NCBI GenBank assembly: GCA_965246715.1
Contig: CBDFFH010000037.1
Location: 32,001 to 96,000, forward strand
From: Chamaesiphon sp.
GTDB taxonomy: Bacteria > Cyanobacteriota > Cyanobacteriia > Cyanobacteriales > Chamaesiphonaceae
Direction of reading: 5' to 3'
Length of the DNA: 64,000 nt
A model generated the notes under the pieces. That model was given only the letters and a program-made list of their open reading frames with translations, was not told where the DNA came from and searched no databases. A program made the translations under genes and the position numbers. Shown here in pieces: positions 55,101-63,259 of the stretch (the first letter of the stretch is position 1; each line of letters opens with the position of its first letter).

Positions 55101-55477
55101 TACTAGGATACATCGCCAGCAAGCGGGGAGATTATGACAAGGCTGAAGCTCTTTACAACCAATGTCTAGCAGTTAGAACCGAATTAGGCGATCGAGCGGG
55201 GATGGCAGCTATTTGGCGTTCGTTGGGTGTTGTCGAACGGGAGCGGGGTAATCTCGATCCTGCGAAAACATGGATGAAGCAGGCACTTTCCATGATGGAA
55301 GAACTGCGGATGCCTGAAGGTATTGCTGGACTTAATTGGAGCTTGGCACTGTTGTACCGTGCCAAAGGTGACGAACCAACAGCACAAGAGCATTACGCAA
55401 TCTCCCATACTCTTTACACCAAACTCGGCGCGAAGGGAGACTTAGCAGAAATGGAAAGTGAGTGGGGTGTGAACTAG
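52173..55477 (+). pseudogene. STAND protein: unknown N-terminal domain + NB-ARC + TPR array; 1-bp deletion frameshift at 54976-54978
   Basis: WVGRE, GQGGIGKT, VVLDNLE, VITSR and LHPL; 40-aa TPR units; GGGG becomes GGG in unit 9. Confidence 0.88.
53971..55208 (+). repeat. Ten near-identical 120-bp tandem repeats plus a partial copy (TPR-coding)
   Basis: Unit CAGTTAGAACCGAATTAGGCGATCGAGCGGGGATGGCAAC... recurs every 120 bp. Confidence 0.97.
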
Positions 55478-55491
55478 TCGTTCTGGTAGTT

Positions 55492-55594
55492 CAGCGGTTG
55501 AAACCGCTGCTGGTGCTGCAAAACCCGCCTGCGCGGGTTAAGAGTTCTAGTCTGCGGAGGCAGACTTCGCAGCACTAGCGACGATTTCAATCGT
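55492..55594. repeat. Multi-hairpin cyanobacterial REP-like element
   Basis: CAGCGGTTGAAACCGCTG, AACCCGCCTGCGCGGGTT, AGTCTGCGGAGGCAGACT and ACGATTTCAATCGT. Confidence 0.6.
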
Positions 55595-55761
55595 GTGGCA
55601 ATCGTGCGGCGACATTCACCACCACCCGCATTCAAAGGTGCCCTCAGCCCAGATCGTGAACACCTATCCTCAGCGATTCTGGCAGCGATCGATCGATTTA
55701 CTGATGGTTAGAGGTAATTTCGATCGACTAAAATTAGGGATAAATAGCGAGAAAAGTCACG

Positions 55762-56052
55762 ATGTCGATCGCGCTCAAACCAGAACAACAGCAGTTTATC
55801 CAACAACAGATCGCCCTGGGGCGGTTTGGATCTGAAGAAGAAGTCTTAGAAAAAGCCTTGCAACTACTATCATCCCAGTACCAGGAATACGACAACTGGG
55901 TAGAAGATACTAGAGCCAAAATAGATGAAGCTCAAGCAGAGATCGATCGCGGTGAGGGAATTCCGCTCGATGTGGCAATGACTCAACTTCGTGATTCTCA
56001 GAACGAGAGGCTGCGCCAACGAATCGATCGCGACCAGACAGATCGAGCATGA
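55762..56052 (+). CDS. ParD-like antitoxin with an in-frame 24-nt micro-element (55996-56019)
   Basis: MSIALKPEQQQFIQQQIALGRF.S..EV...AL; insert D-SQNERLRQ-R. Confidence 0.82.
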   Translation: MSIALKPEQQQFIQQQIALGRFGSEEEVLEKALQLLSSQYQEYDNWVEDTRAKIDEAQAEIDRGEGIPLDVAMTQLRDSQNERLRQRIDRDQTDRA

Positions 56053-56145
56053 ACCAGTGCATCCTATCACCAAAAGCACTTCGGGATCTTAACGACATTT
56101 CTAGCTATTTTGCCCAGCAGAATATCGAAGCTGGAGAACGAGTGG
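56049..56145 (+). pseudogene. ParE toxin N-terminal remnant
   Basis: ATGA overlap; MNQCILSPKALRDLNDISSYFAQQNIEAGER, then similarity is lost. Confidence 0.7.
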
Positions 56146-56183
56146 AGAGACTAACGACAACGATTTACCGAGGAATAGGTGCG

Positions 56184-56208
56184 TTGGCGTAGCCTCTCAC
56201 CTCGGAGA
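56184..56208 (-). mobile_element. 25-nt micro-element, intergenic
   Basis: Minus strand CGAT-TCTCCGAGGTGAGA GGCTACGCC AA-CG. Confidence 0.8.
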
Positions 56209-56275
56209 ATCGTTAGGACACGCAAACATTCGCTACAATGGACGATAGAGCTAGGATCGACCCAATCTAACAATT

Positions 56276-56551
56276 ATGACTTCTCAGCTAGAATCATTAA
56301 TCCAACAAGCAACTCAACTCGATCGAGACGAAAGAATCGAGTTAATTACTTATTTAGCTAATTCGCTTCATTCTAGTAACGATCCCGCCTCAGAGCTAAT
56401 TTTGACCGAGCTTCAGCAAGCCCAACTAGATCGACTGCGATTGGAGATCGAGATCGGATTAGAGCAAGTAAGAACGGGTGATACTGTCGATGGCGAAACA
56501 GTTTTCGCAAATTTGAGAACTAGAATCGACAGCTATAGAGAACTAAAATAG
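56276..56551 (+). CDS. Antitoxin (ParD-like C-terminus)
   Basis: LRLEIEIGLEQVRTGDTVDGETVF; abuts the toxin. Confidence 0.7.
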   Translation: MTSQLESLIQQATQLDRDERIELITYLANSLHSSNDPASELILTELQQAQLDRLRLEIEIGLEQVRTGDTVDGETVFANLRTRIDSYRELK

Positions 56552-56847
56552 TGGGTACTTACTCTTTTACCAAAGCTGCAATTCAAGATTTAGACTCGAT
56601 TTGCGACGATATTGCTATTGATAACCCTGATGCCGCCAGTAATTTATTTGATGACATTAGAAAACAATGCGTCCGCGTTGCCAAATTCCCACTAAGTGGC
56701 AAAAACTATGACATACTCAAACCAAATTTGCGTGGTTTTATTGTTAAAAATTATATTGTCTTCTACACCATCGAAGGTGAAAATATTTCGATTGTCAAAG
56801 TAGTCAGCGGTTATAGAGATCTGGAAGCGATCTTTCGATCGAAATAA
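56551..56847 (+). CDS. ParE/RelE family toxin
   Basis: FTKAAIQDLDSI..IAIDNPDAA, FPLSG, YIVFY and VSGYRDL. Confidence 0.9.
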   Translation: MGTYSFTKAAIQDLDSICDDIAIDNPDAASNLFDDIRKQCVRVAKFPLSGKNYDILKPNLRGFIVKNYIVFYTIEGENISIVKVVSGYRDLEAIFRSK

Positions 56848-56921
56848 TCGATCGATGTACATTCACCACACCATAAATACTCTCAAGTGCGATCGTGTCA
56901 ACAACAGAAATAATCTTCTTA

Positions 56922-57089
56922 ACTGGCCATCACATTCGTTTAACCACTCAATCGAATGGACAGCACCACATCACAGTCCCCGCACACTATCCGCTCAAAG
57001 TTGGTACTTTAAATGCTATTCTGCGCAGTGTCGCAGAACACTGAGGTTTGATTAATGATGAGTTTCTAGAACAAATGTTTGGCGCATAA
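56922..57089 (+). pseudogene. HicA toxin remnant
   Basis: TGHHIRLTTQSNGQHHITVPAHYPLKVGTLNAILRSVAEH*; N-terminus missing, internal stop. Confidence 0.7.
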
Positions 57090-57280
57090 ATCTCGATCGT
57101 ATTCTCGATATTCTCCCCTAGAGCAAGAGAACTTAGTGGTGGCAATTTGGAGTGTGATATCGATCGCTGCTTAATTGACAATTTCCCCTATTCTAAATTT
57201 CAGGGATTTTATGTGGAAACTACTGAGCGATCTTTTCTAACATGCTGCGTATAATAGGAACTAATTTGTGATGGCTAAAG

Positions 57281-58567
57281 ATGATGCGTTTTTTATCGAT
57301 TTTACCGCTCGTGTCGATCGGCGGTTTAATAACAGTAGCTATTGCCACTCAGCCGTCACCCAATGGTGCAAATCTTCAGTCTTCTTCGCCATTGGGATCG
57401 ACAAGTAATGCTAGTCAAAATCTTACCAGCCAGAAATCGGCAACCGTACCCGATTTTTTAGTTTTGGGCGGTGGTGGCGCACCATCTTATAACGAAATTG
57501 CGATCGAAAAAAATGTGCTTTATTTTCAACGCACGCTGAAGACATTGGGGTTCGATCCCAGCCAAGCGACAATTTTATTTGCCAATGGTAACGATGGAAG
57601 CGAGACGGTACGCTATGTAGACGCAGATCGCTCAGAACGATTCAAAGCACCCAATATCCCCTATCTCCAAGCTGCGGCGACAGTTGACAATTTAGAGCAA
57701 TCGCTCCAGCAGATCGCCAACGCATCCGGCTCAGATCGCCGCCCACTGTTTTTTTACTTTACCGGGCACGGTTCCCGCAACCGAGAAGACGAAGATAACA
57801 ACACGATGATGCTATGGAACGAGCAAAGCTTTAGTGTGCGGGAGTTTGCGACATTTTTGGATCGGTTGCCGCCCACAAAGCCCGTCGTCACTGTGATGGT
57901 GCAATGTTATGCAGGTGCGTTTGCTAACTCGATCGTCTATGAAAATGGCGATCCGCAAGCTAAAATTGTCGATCGACATCGCTGTGGTTTTTTTGCTACC
58001 ACTAAGTATTTACCCTCGGTGGGCTGTACTGCTGAAGTCAATGAAGCCGACTATCGAGACTATAGTTCGAGCTTCTTTGCTGGTTTGAGCGGCACCAATC
58101 GCATCGGGCAGCGCGTAGCCTCTGCTGACTATAACCAAGATGGGCGGGTATCCTATCTTGAAGCCCATGCTTTTGCTAAAGTTGACGAACAAGCTGCCGA
58201 TTTACCGATCTCCACCTCCGAATCCTGGCTGCAATCTCAGCTTTCAGAGGCCGCCGCCGCGAAGCTGCTCGACGATCGGTCGCTCTCCACATTGCTAGCC
58301 ACCGCCCGCCCCGAACAACGGTTTGTGGTGCAATCTTTGGCTAAACAGCTTAATTTCAATCTGCGTAAAAGCTATATGGATAACTACGATCGGCTCGAGC
58401 CATCTGTTACGGAAAATGAACTAAAATCTACCTATCTAGCCCGACTGAAAATAGAGCTAATTAATATTGCGATCGAACAGCAACTTCGGAATAGCAAGAA
58501 TACCCAAAAAATTGCAATTCTCGATCGATTGCTAAATTGCGAGTCGGGTTCTCTTGGCAAAAGTTAA
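57281..58567 (+). CDS. Secreted or anchored clan CD (caspase-like) peptidase
   Basis: N-terminal hydrophobic segment; FFYFTGHG and VMVQCYAG His-Cys dyad. Confidence 0.75.
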   Translation: MMRFLSILPLVSIGGLITVAIATQPSPNGANLQSSSPLGSTSNASQNLTSQKSATVPDFLVLGGGGAPSYNEIAIEKNVLYFQRTLKTLGFDPSQATILFANGNDGSETVRYVDADRSERFKAPNIPYLQAAATVDNLEQSLQQIANASGSDRRPLFFYFTGHGSRNREDEDNNTMMLWNEQSFSVREFATFLDRLPPTKPVVTVMVQCYAGAFANSIVYENGDPQAKIVDRHRCGFFATTKYLPSVGCTAEVNEADYRDYSSSFFAGLSGTNRIGQRVASADYNQDGRVSYLEAHAFAKVDEQAADLPISTSESWLQSQLSEAAAAKLLDDRSLSTLLATARPEQRFVVQSLAKQLNFNLRKSYMDNYDRLEPSVTENELKSTYLARLKIELINIAIEQQLRNSKNTQKIAILDRLLNCESGSLGKS

Positions 58568-58599
58568 TCAGTATTTACTAGTTATCTGGTAATTGAATT

Positions 58600-59002
58600 T
58601 ATCAATAACGGTCTTAAACTCTGGCGACCGCTGCTTGCTCAGAGCGGTATTGCCGTTATATCTGAGCTAAGTTGGTTTATCGATCGTCCGCCAGATCCGG
58701 CGATCGCATATTGGCAAAATGCCTATCCCATGATGGGGACTGAGGCTGAGAATATCGTTCGCGCAGCGTCCCCTCTGGGGAATCGGGCAAATCGGTCTGG
58801 CTTTAGAGTCCTTTCAACCCATCGACTGCCGAGTCAGGCTTGGTGGGTCAATTATTACGAACCCCTGCGCGAGCGGATGCAGCAGATCGAAATCACTCCA
58901 ATTACTCGATCGGTTATTGATGAAACTGAAGCAGAGATGCGAATGTTTGAACGATTTAGCGACTCCGATGGTTATACGTTCTATATTCTGCAAGCAGTTT
59001 AA
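58600..59002 (+). pseudogene. C-terminal remnant of a SAM methyltransferase; micro-element at 58758-58781
   Basis: LWRPLLAQSGIAVISELSWF..WQNAYP..WWVNYYEPL..YTFYI; no N-terminus. Confidence 0.65.
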
Positions 59003-59130
59003 AAAAAGCTGACGAATATTAAATCTCCTGTAAAAAACTCCACTACTTGATTGTATCGAAGCTTTTAAATCCTGGTTTAGCACTTTTGGAATGACGATTC
59101 CGCAATGCGAATGCTGCTTGGTGAAACGCA

Positions 59131-59245
59131 CGCTGTAGGCGTTGGCGAAGCCTGCCGTAGGCATACGAAGCGAGACGTGCCGCTAGGCGGGAACCGTCTA
59201 ACGACACGTCTTCGCCTACAGCGCGATTTCATCCGCTACGCGAAC
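59131..59245. repeat. Composite cluster of micro-element-like hairpins
   Basis: CGCTGTAGGCG...CGCCTACAGCG inverted repeat enclosing TTGGCGAAGCCTGCCGTAGGCA (59142-59163), followed by CGCTACGCGAACG. Confidence 0.55.
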
Positions 59246-59334
59246 GAATCGCCCGTTCCCGAACCAAAAAATGGATTTGTCTTGTCGCTGAGATCGAGCA
59301 CCAATGCAGATTGCCTAACATTTACGATCGTAGA

Positions 59335-59412
59335 TCCGATCTTTTCCGATCGTCAACAGCAGACTTTCCCCGATCTTTTCTGGCTGTCAAACTATTTGTG
59401 GGAGCTTATTCT
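59335..59412 (+). promoter_or_regulatory. Conserved activator-type promoter, copy C
   Basis: TCCGATC 59335 and 59345, CCCGATC 59369; CTGTCA (59384) N17 TATTCT (59407). Confidence 0.75.
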
Positions 59413-59479
59413 AAAAGACATGGAGCAGGTTAACACCTTCCTCCTTATCTAACTCACAATTACAACAGGAACGATCGTT

Positions 59480-59923
59480 ATGAATTTCTTCAAATCTTGT
59501 CTCAACCTCACATTACTTAGCTTATTAACTTGCACTGGATTGGCTGCACCCGCCTTGGCAACACCGGATTTCGATAATAGCAGCCGAGACGCAGATTTCG
59601 AGGGGAATGTAGATAACGGGGGATCTCGGAAGATTAAAGGCGATGTTACCGCCACCGACGATCTAAAAGATTTCCGAAAATTTCTGCTCACTGGTCGCTC
59701 TAACCTACATATAACGGCTGAAGGCGTGGCACCTAATGGTGGACGAACCAATTTGTCATTACTTAGCGCATCAGGTCAAGTAATTGCTAAAAGTTCGGGT
59801 TCTTTTTCTCACTCATTTACCCGCAAGAATCTAGCCCCAGGGAATTATATTATAGTCATTGAGAGCGCACAATTTAACGCTAACAAAGTCAATTACCAAG
59901 TTACTGTCGATGCGCGTGGATAG
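59480..59923 (+). CDS. Secreted protein with a PPC-like beta-sandwich domain
   Basis: Signal peptide ending APALA; DDLKDFRKF, LSLLSASGQVIAKS, LAPGNYIIVI and YQVTV. Confidence 0.72.
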   Translation: MNFFKSCLNLTLLSLLTCTGLAAPALATPDFDNSSRDADFEGNVDNGGSRKIKGDVTATDDLKDFRKFLLTGRSNLHITAEGVAPNGGRTNLSLLSASGQVIAKSSGSFSHSFTRKNLAPGNYIIVIESAQFNANKVNYQVTVDARG

Positions 59924-59933
59924 TTGAGCCGAT

Positions 59934-59958
59934 TCTCTTGCTCCAGAGGCTACGCCAA
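59934..59958 (+). mobile_element. 25-nt micro-element, intergenic
   Basis: CGAT-TCTCTTGCTCCAGA GGCTACGCC AA-CG. Confidence 0.75.
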
Positions 59959-60058
59959 CGATTAGATCTCTATCAATCAATTATTGCAAAGATCCGCGAT
60001 CGCTACCCTAATCCAGACCACTCTGTTTTTATCGTCTGACATACGGAGAAGAGTAAGT

Positions 60059-60625
60059 ATGAAAAAAATTGCAGTATTTGGCAATGCTGGTGGTGGGAAA
60101 TCAACTTTAAGCCAGAAATTATCAGAAATTATCGGCTTACCATTACACGTCTTGGATAAAATCCAATATCAATCGAAAGGTGTTGCCGTTCCTGCCGCAG
60201 AATATCAGCGCATTCATGCCCAAATTCTGGCTACCGATCGCTGGATTATTGATGGCTTTGGTTGTATGGAGACACTCTGGCCGAGACTGGATGCAGCAGA
60301 TAGTTTGGTATTTGTCGATTTGCCACTGTATTTACATTTTTGGTGGGTAACTAAAAGAATGTTAACAGGTGGCTTTAATCCACCAGCAGGCTGGCCAGAA
60401 AATAGCCCGATCTTGAAGAGTTCGATAACTAGTTATCGTAATTTGTGGTTGTGCGATAAATATTTGACTCCCAAATATCGCGAGTATATCGCGACTGCTA
60501 AAAGCATTAAGGATGTCTATCATCTGAGATCTTCTCAACAGATCGAGCAGTTTTTGGCATCGATTCTCTTGCAGAGAGGCTACGTCAACGATTCAGGCAA
60601 TACTACCCAAAACAATCGTCAGTGA
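60059..60625 (+). CDS. Adenylate-kinase-like/FlaR P-loop protein; micro-element at 60565-60588
   Basis: IAVFGNAGGGKST, LDKI and WIIDG. Confidence 0.85.
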   Translation: MKKIAVFGNAGGGKSTLSQKLSEIIGLPLHVLDKIQYQSKGVAVPAAEYQRIHAQILATDRWIIDGFGCMETLWPRLDAADSLVFVDLPLYLHFWWVTKRMLTGGFNPPAGWPENSPILKSSITSYRNLWLCDKYLTPKYREYIATAKSIKDVYHLRSSQQIEQFLASILLQRGYVNDSGNTTQNNRQ

Positions 60626-61143
60626 TGAGAAAAATTGAATGGAGCAACTATATCGCTCAGAGTTTAATTTGTGCGGGAGTGTTGACGATTCTCATTCTGA
60701 GAGGCTACGCCAACGGGATTTCCACCTTATCTGTGACTCAAAATCATTCCAGCACAGATGAGATCGAACAACAATCTACAACTAAAAATCCTCAGCAGCT
60801 CTGTAGCAATATTCCAGCAGCTAAACCTGTCACCCGCACTGAACTATTCTTTGGATTGCGTAAACCGAATGGAACGGAAGTAAATAATACTGAATTTCAA
60901 CGGTTTCTCGATCGCGAAGTTACGCCCAGATTTCCCGACGGCTTCACCGTAATGTCTGGGCAAGGTCAATTCAAAGATGCTCGTGGTGCCATCCTCCAAG
61001 AGCGATCGAAGTTGTTAATCTTACTCTACCCAATTACAGCAACTAGTAGCCAGCAGATCGAACAAATTCGCAAAGCTTATATCACGGCTTTTCGACAACA
61101 ATCGGTACTCCGCGCCGACAATTTATCTTGTGCAGCTTTTTAA
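60625..61143 (+). CDS. DUF3574 family protein; micro-element at 60690-60713
   Basis: RTELFFGL, FLDREVTPRFPDGFTV and FRQQSVLR. Confidence 0.85.
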   Translation: MRKIEWSNYIAQSLICAGVLTILILRGYANGISTLSVTQNHSSTDEIEQQSTTKNPQQLCSNIPAAKPVTRTELFFGLRKPNGTEVNNTEFQRFLDREVTPRFPDGFTVMSGQGQFKDARGAILQERSKLLILLYPITATSSQQIEQIRKAYITAFRQQSVLRADNLSCAAF

Positions 61144-61172
61144 GATCCGACTTATCTAACGGAGTTAATCTC

Positions 61173-61658
61173 ATGATTCATCATATTTCAATTGATGCTC
61201 GCGATCCATTGCGAGTAGCTAGTGTCTTAGCAAAAATCTTAAATGGGAAGGCATATAAATTCCTAGTTTCCGATAGTTATAGTTATATCGTTATACCTTT
61301 CGACGACTATGGCACTCATATTGTGGTGTTTAAAGAAGGAAATGTATTGAGTCCGAGTACTGATGCCGATCCAGTGAAGGTAATTCAAGCTACTCCCACC
61401 AATTTGGTGGCTATCCATGCTGCTGTTTCAGTTTCTACTAGTCAGCAGCAGATAGAGCAGATCGGGCAACAGGAAGGGTGGAGAGTATTAACTCGCAAAC
61501 AGGGAGATGCTCGATTCAGTCTAGTTGAGTTTTGGGTCGAGAATCGGATTCTATTTGAATTTCTGCCACCGGAATTCACGCCTCAATATCTAGAAATTAT
61601 GAAACTAGAATCGATCGAGCAATTATTAGGTCGATCGCTCGAACCAATAACAGTTTAA
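61173..61658 (+). CDS. VOC-like hypothetical protein, paralog 1
   Basis: MIHHISIDARDP, HAAVSV and VEFWVENRILFE. Confidence 0.75.
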   Translation: MIHHISIDARDPLRVASVLAKILNGKAYKFLVSDSYSYIVIPFDDYGTHIVVFKEGNVLSPSTDADPVKVIQATPTNLVAIHAAVSVSTSQQQIEQIGQQEGWRVLTRKQGDARFSLVEFWVENRILFEFLPPEFTPQYLEIMKLESIEQLLGRSLEPITV

Positions 61659-61682
61659 TCAAATTAGTAATGGAGTTATCTT

Positions 61683-62168
61683 ATGATTCATCATATGTCG
61701 ATCGATGCTCGCGATCCATTGCGGGTGGCTGGCGTGCTTGCAAAAATCTGGAAGGGAAAAGTATATAAATTTCTCATTCCAGGTAGTTATCTCGTGATGC
61801 CTTTTGATAACTATGGCACTCACATTGTGGTGTTTAAATCGGGTGATATTTGGGTGCCAGGTGCCGATGTCGAAGCAGCTAAGGTAAGCCAAACTACACC
61901 TACCGATTTTGTTTCTGCTCATGTCGCCATCTCTGTTCCGATCGACCATCAGCAGATCGAACAGATCGGACAGAGGGAGGGCTGGCGCGTCCTCACCCGC
62001 AGACAGGGAGATGGCATCCCCTTCAGTGCAGTTGAATTTTGGGTCGAGAATCGCTTTTTGTTTGAGTTTTTCTCACCAGAATTCGCGCCCCAATATCTAC
62101 AAACTATGCAACCAGAAGCGATCGATCGAATTCTAAGTCAGCCTATCGAATTTGCTCCAGTTTCATAA
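61683..62168 (+). CDS. VOC-like hypothetical protein, paralog 2
   Basis: MIHHMSIDARDP, HVAISV and VEFWVENRFLFE. Confidence 0.75.
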   Translation: MIHHMSIDARDPLRVAGVLAKIWKGKVYKFLIPGSYLVMPFDNYGTHIVVFKSGDIWVPGADVEAAKVSQTTPTDFVSAHVAISVPIDHQQIEQIGQREGWRVLTRRQGDGIPFSAVEFWVENRFLFEFFSPEFAPQYLQTMQPEAIDRILSQPIEFAPVS

Positions 62169-62190
62169 ACTTATCCAGGAGAATTTTAAG

Positions 62191-62631
62191 ATGTCTACCA
62201 CCGCAAATAAAGAGATCGTCCGACGTTTTTACGAAGAAGTTTTCAATCAGCGCAATGTCGATGCGATCGATGAATTAGTCCATCCAGAGTTTACCAATCA
62301 CGATCCCACCCCTGTGGCATCGCGAAATCCTGAGTCGATGAAGCAATTCATTCACACCATCACTCAAGCATTCCCCGACCATCATCACGCGATCGAAGAT
62401 CTCGTTGCCGAAGGAGATAAGGTCGTGATGCGCTGTACCCTTACTGCCACTCATCAAGGGCTGTTTCCAGGCTTTCTGGATATGCCACCTACTGGTAAGT
62501 CGATTTGCCAGCGACAGATTCACATCCTGCGGGTACGGGACGGTAAAGTAGCCGAACATTGGGTCGTTCGGGACGATCTGACAATGATGCAACAGCTCGG
62601 CTTAATTCCGCAACCAGAAATGGCTGCATAA
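62191..62631 (+). CDS. SnoaL-like ester/polyketide cyclase
   Basis: NKEIVRRFYEEV, AFPD, VAEGDKV, PPTGK and DGKVAEHW. Confidence 0.88.
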   Translation: MSTTANKEIVRRFYEEVFNQRNVDAIDELVHPEFTNHDPTPVASRNPESMKQFIHTITQAFPDHHHAIEDLVAEGDKVVMRCTLTATHQGLFPGFLDMPPTGKSICQRQIHILRVRDGKVAEHWVVRDDLTMMQQLGLIPQPEMAA

Positions 62632-62661
62632 CCGATCGAAATAATTTAATGGAGTTATCTA

Positions 62662-63156
62662 ATGATTCATCATATTTCAATCGCCGCACACAACCCCCTG
62701 CACGTTAGCCAAGTGCTCGCAGAACTATTGCAAGGACAATCGGTTCCCTTTCCTGGGCATTCTGGCAGCTACGTCGCGCTGGCTTTCGATCCCCAAGGCA
62801 CGATGGTTGAAGTTCATCCGTTCGGTACTGCTTTAGTCCCTGGCAATGCGGCTGATGAAGCATGTCAACTGCTGCCAAATCCAACCGCATCGATTTACAT
62901 CGCCAATCATACGGCTATTTCTGTCCCAGTTAACATCGATTTTATTCAATCGATTGCCGAGCGTGAATGTTGGCGGATGGTGCATTGTCGTCGCGGTGAT
63001 AATTACTTTGATGTAATTGAATTCTGGGTAGAAAATCAATTGCTAATCGAGTTGTTACCACCAGAAATTGTCGATCGATATCTCGCATTTATGTCACCAG
63101 AATCTCTGGTTGCAGCAGCACAAGCAGCGGCGGCACAACAACCGACAGCAGCATGA
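62662..63156 (+). CDS. VOC-like hypothetical protein, paralog 3
   Basis: MIHHISIAAHNP, GTMVEVHP, HTAISV and FDVIEFWVEN. Confidence 0.75.
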   Translation: MIHHISIAAHNPLHVSQVLAELLQGQSVPFPGHSGSYVALAFDPQGTMVEVHPFGTALVPGNAADEACQLLPNPTASIYIANHTAISVPVNIDFIQSIAERECWRMVHCRRGDNYFDVIEFWVENQLLIELLPPEIVDRYLAFMSPESLVAAAQAAAAQQPTAA

Positions 63157-63259
63157 AATATCATCATCCAAAAGAGTTTGGGCGATCTAGTTGCCAGAGG
63201 TAATGGTAATAATTGCCCCTATCTCTGAGTAACTTCTATCCAAACGATCGAGGAATTTT

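Noticed and set aside
53971..55208. CRISPR array or DGR target
   Set aside because: The units are 120-bp in-frame coding repeats with no unique spacers. Variation is biallelic rather than adenine-specific, and no cas or reverse transcriptase gene is present.
59105..59452. 115-aa ORF, plus 37986-38300, 14482-14970 and the many short antisense ORFs
   Set aside because: They are composed of repeats, promoter sequence or gene remnants, or shadow real genes, with no recognisable protein features.
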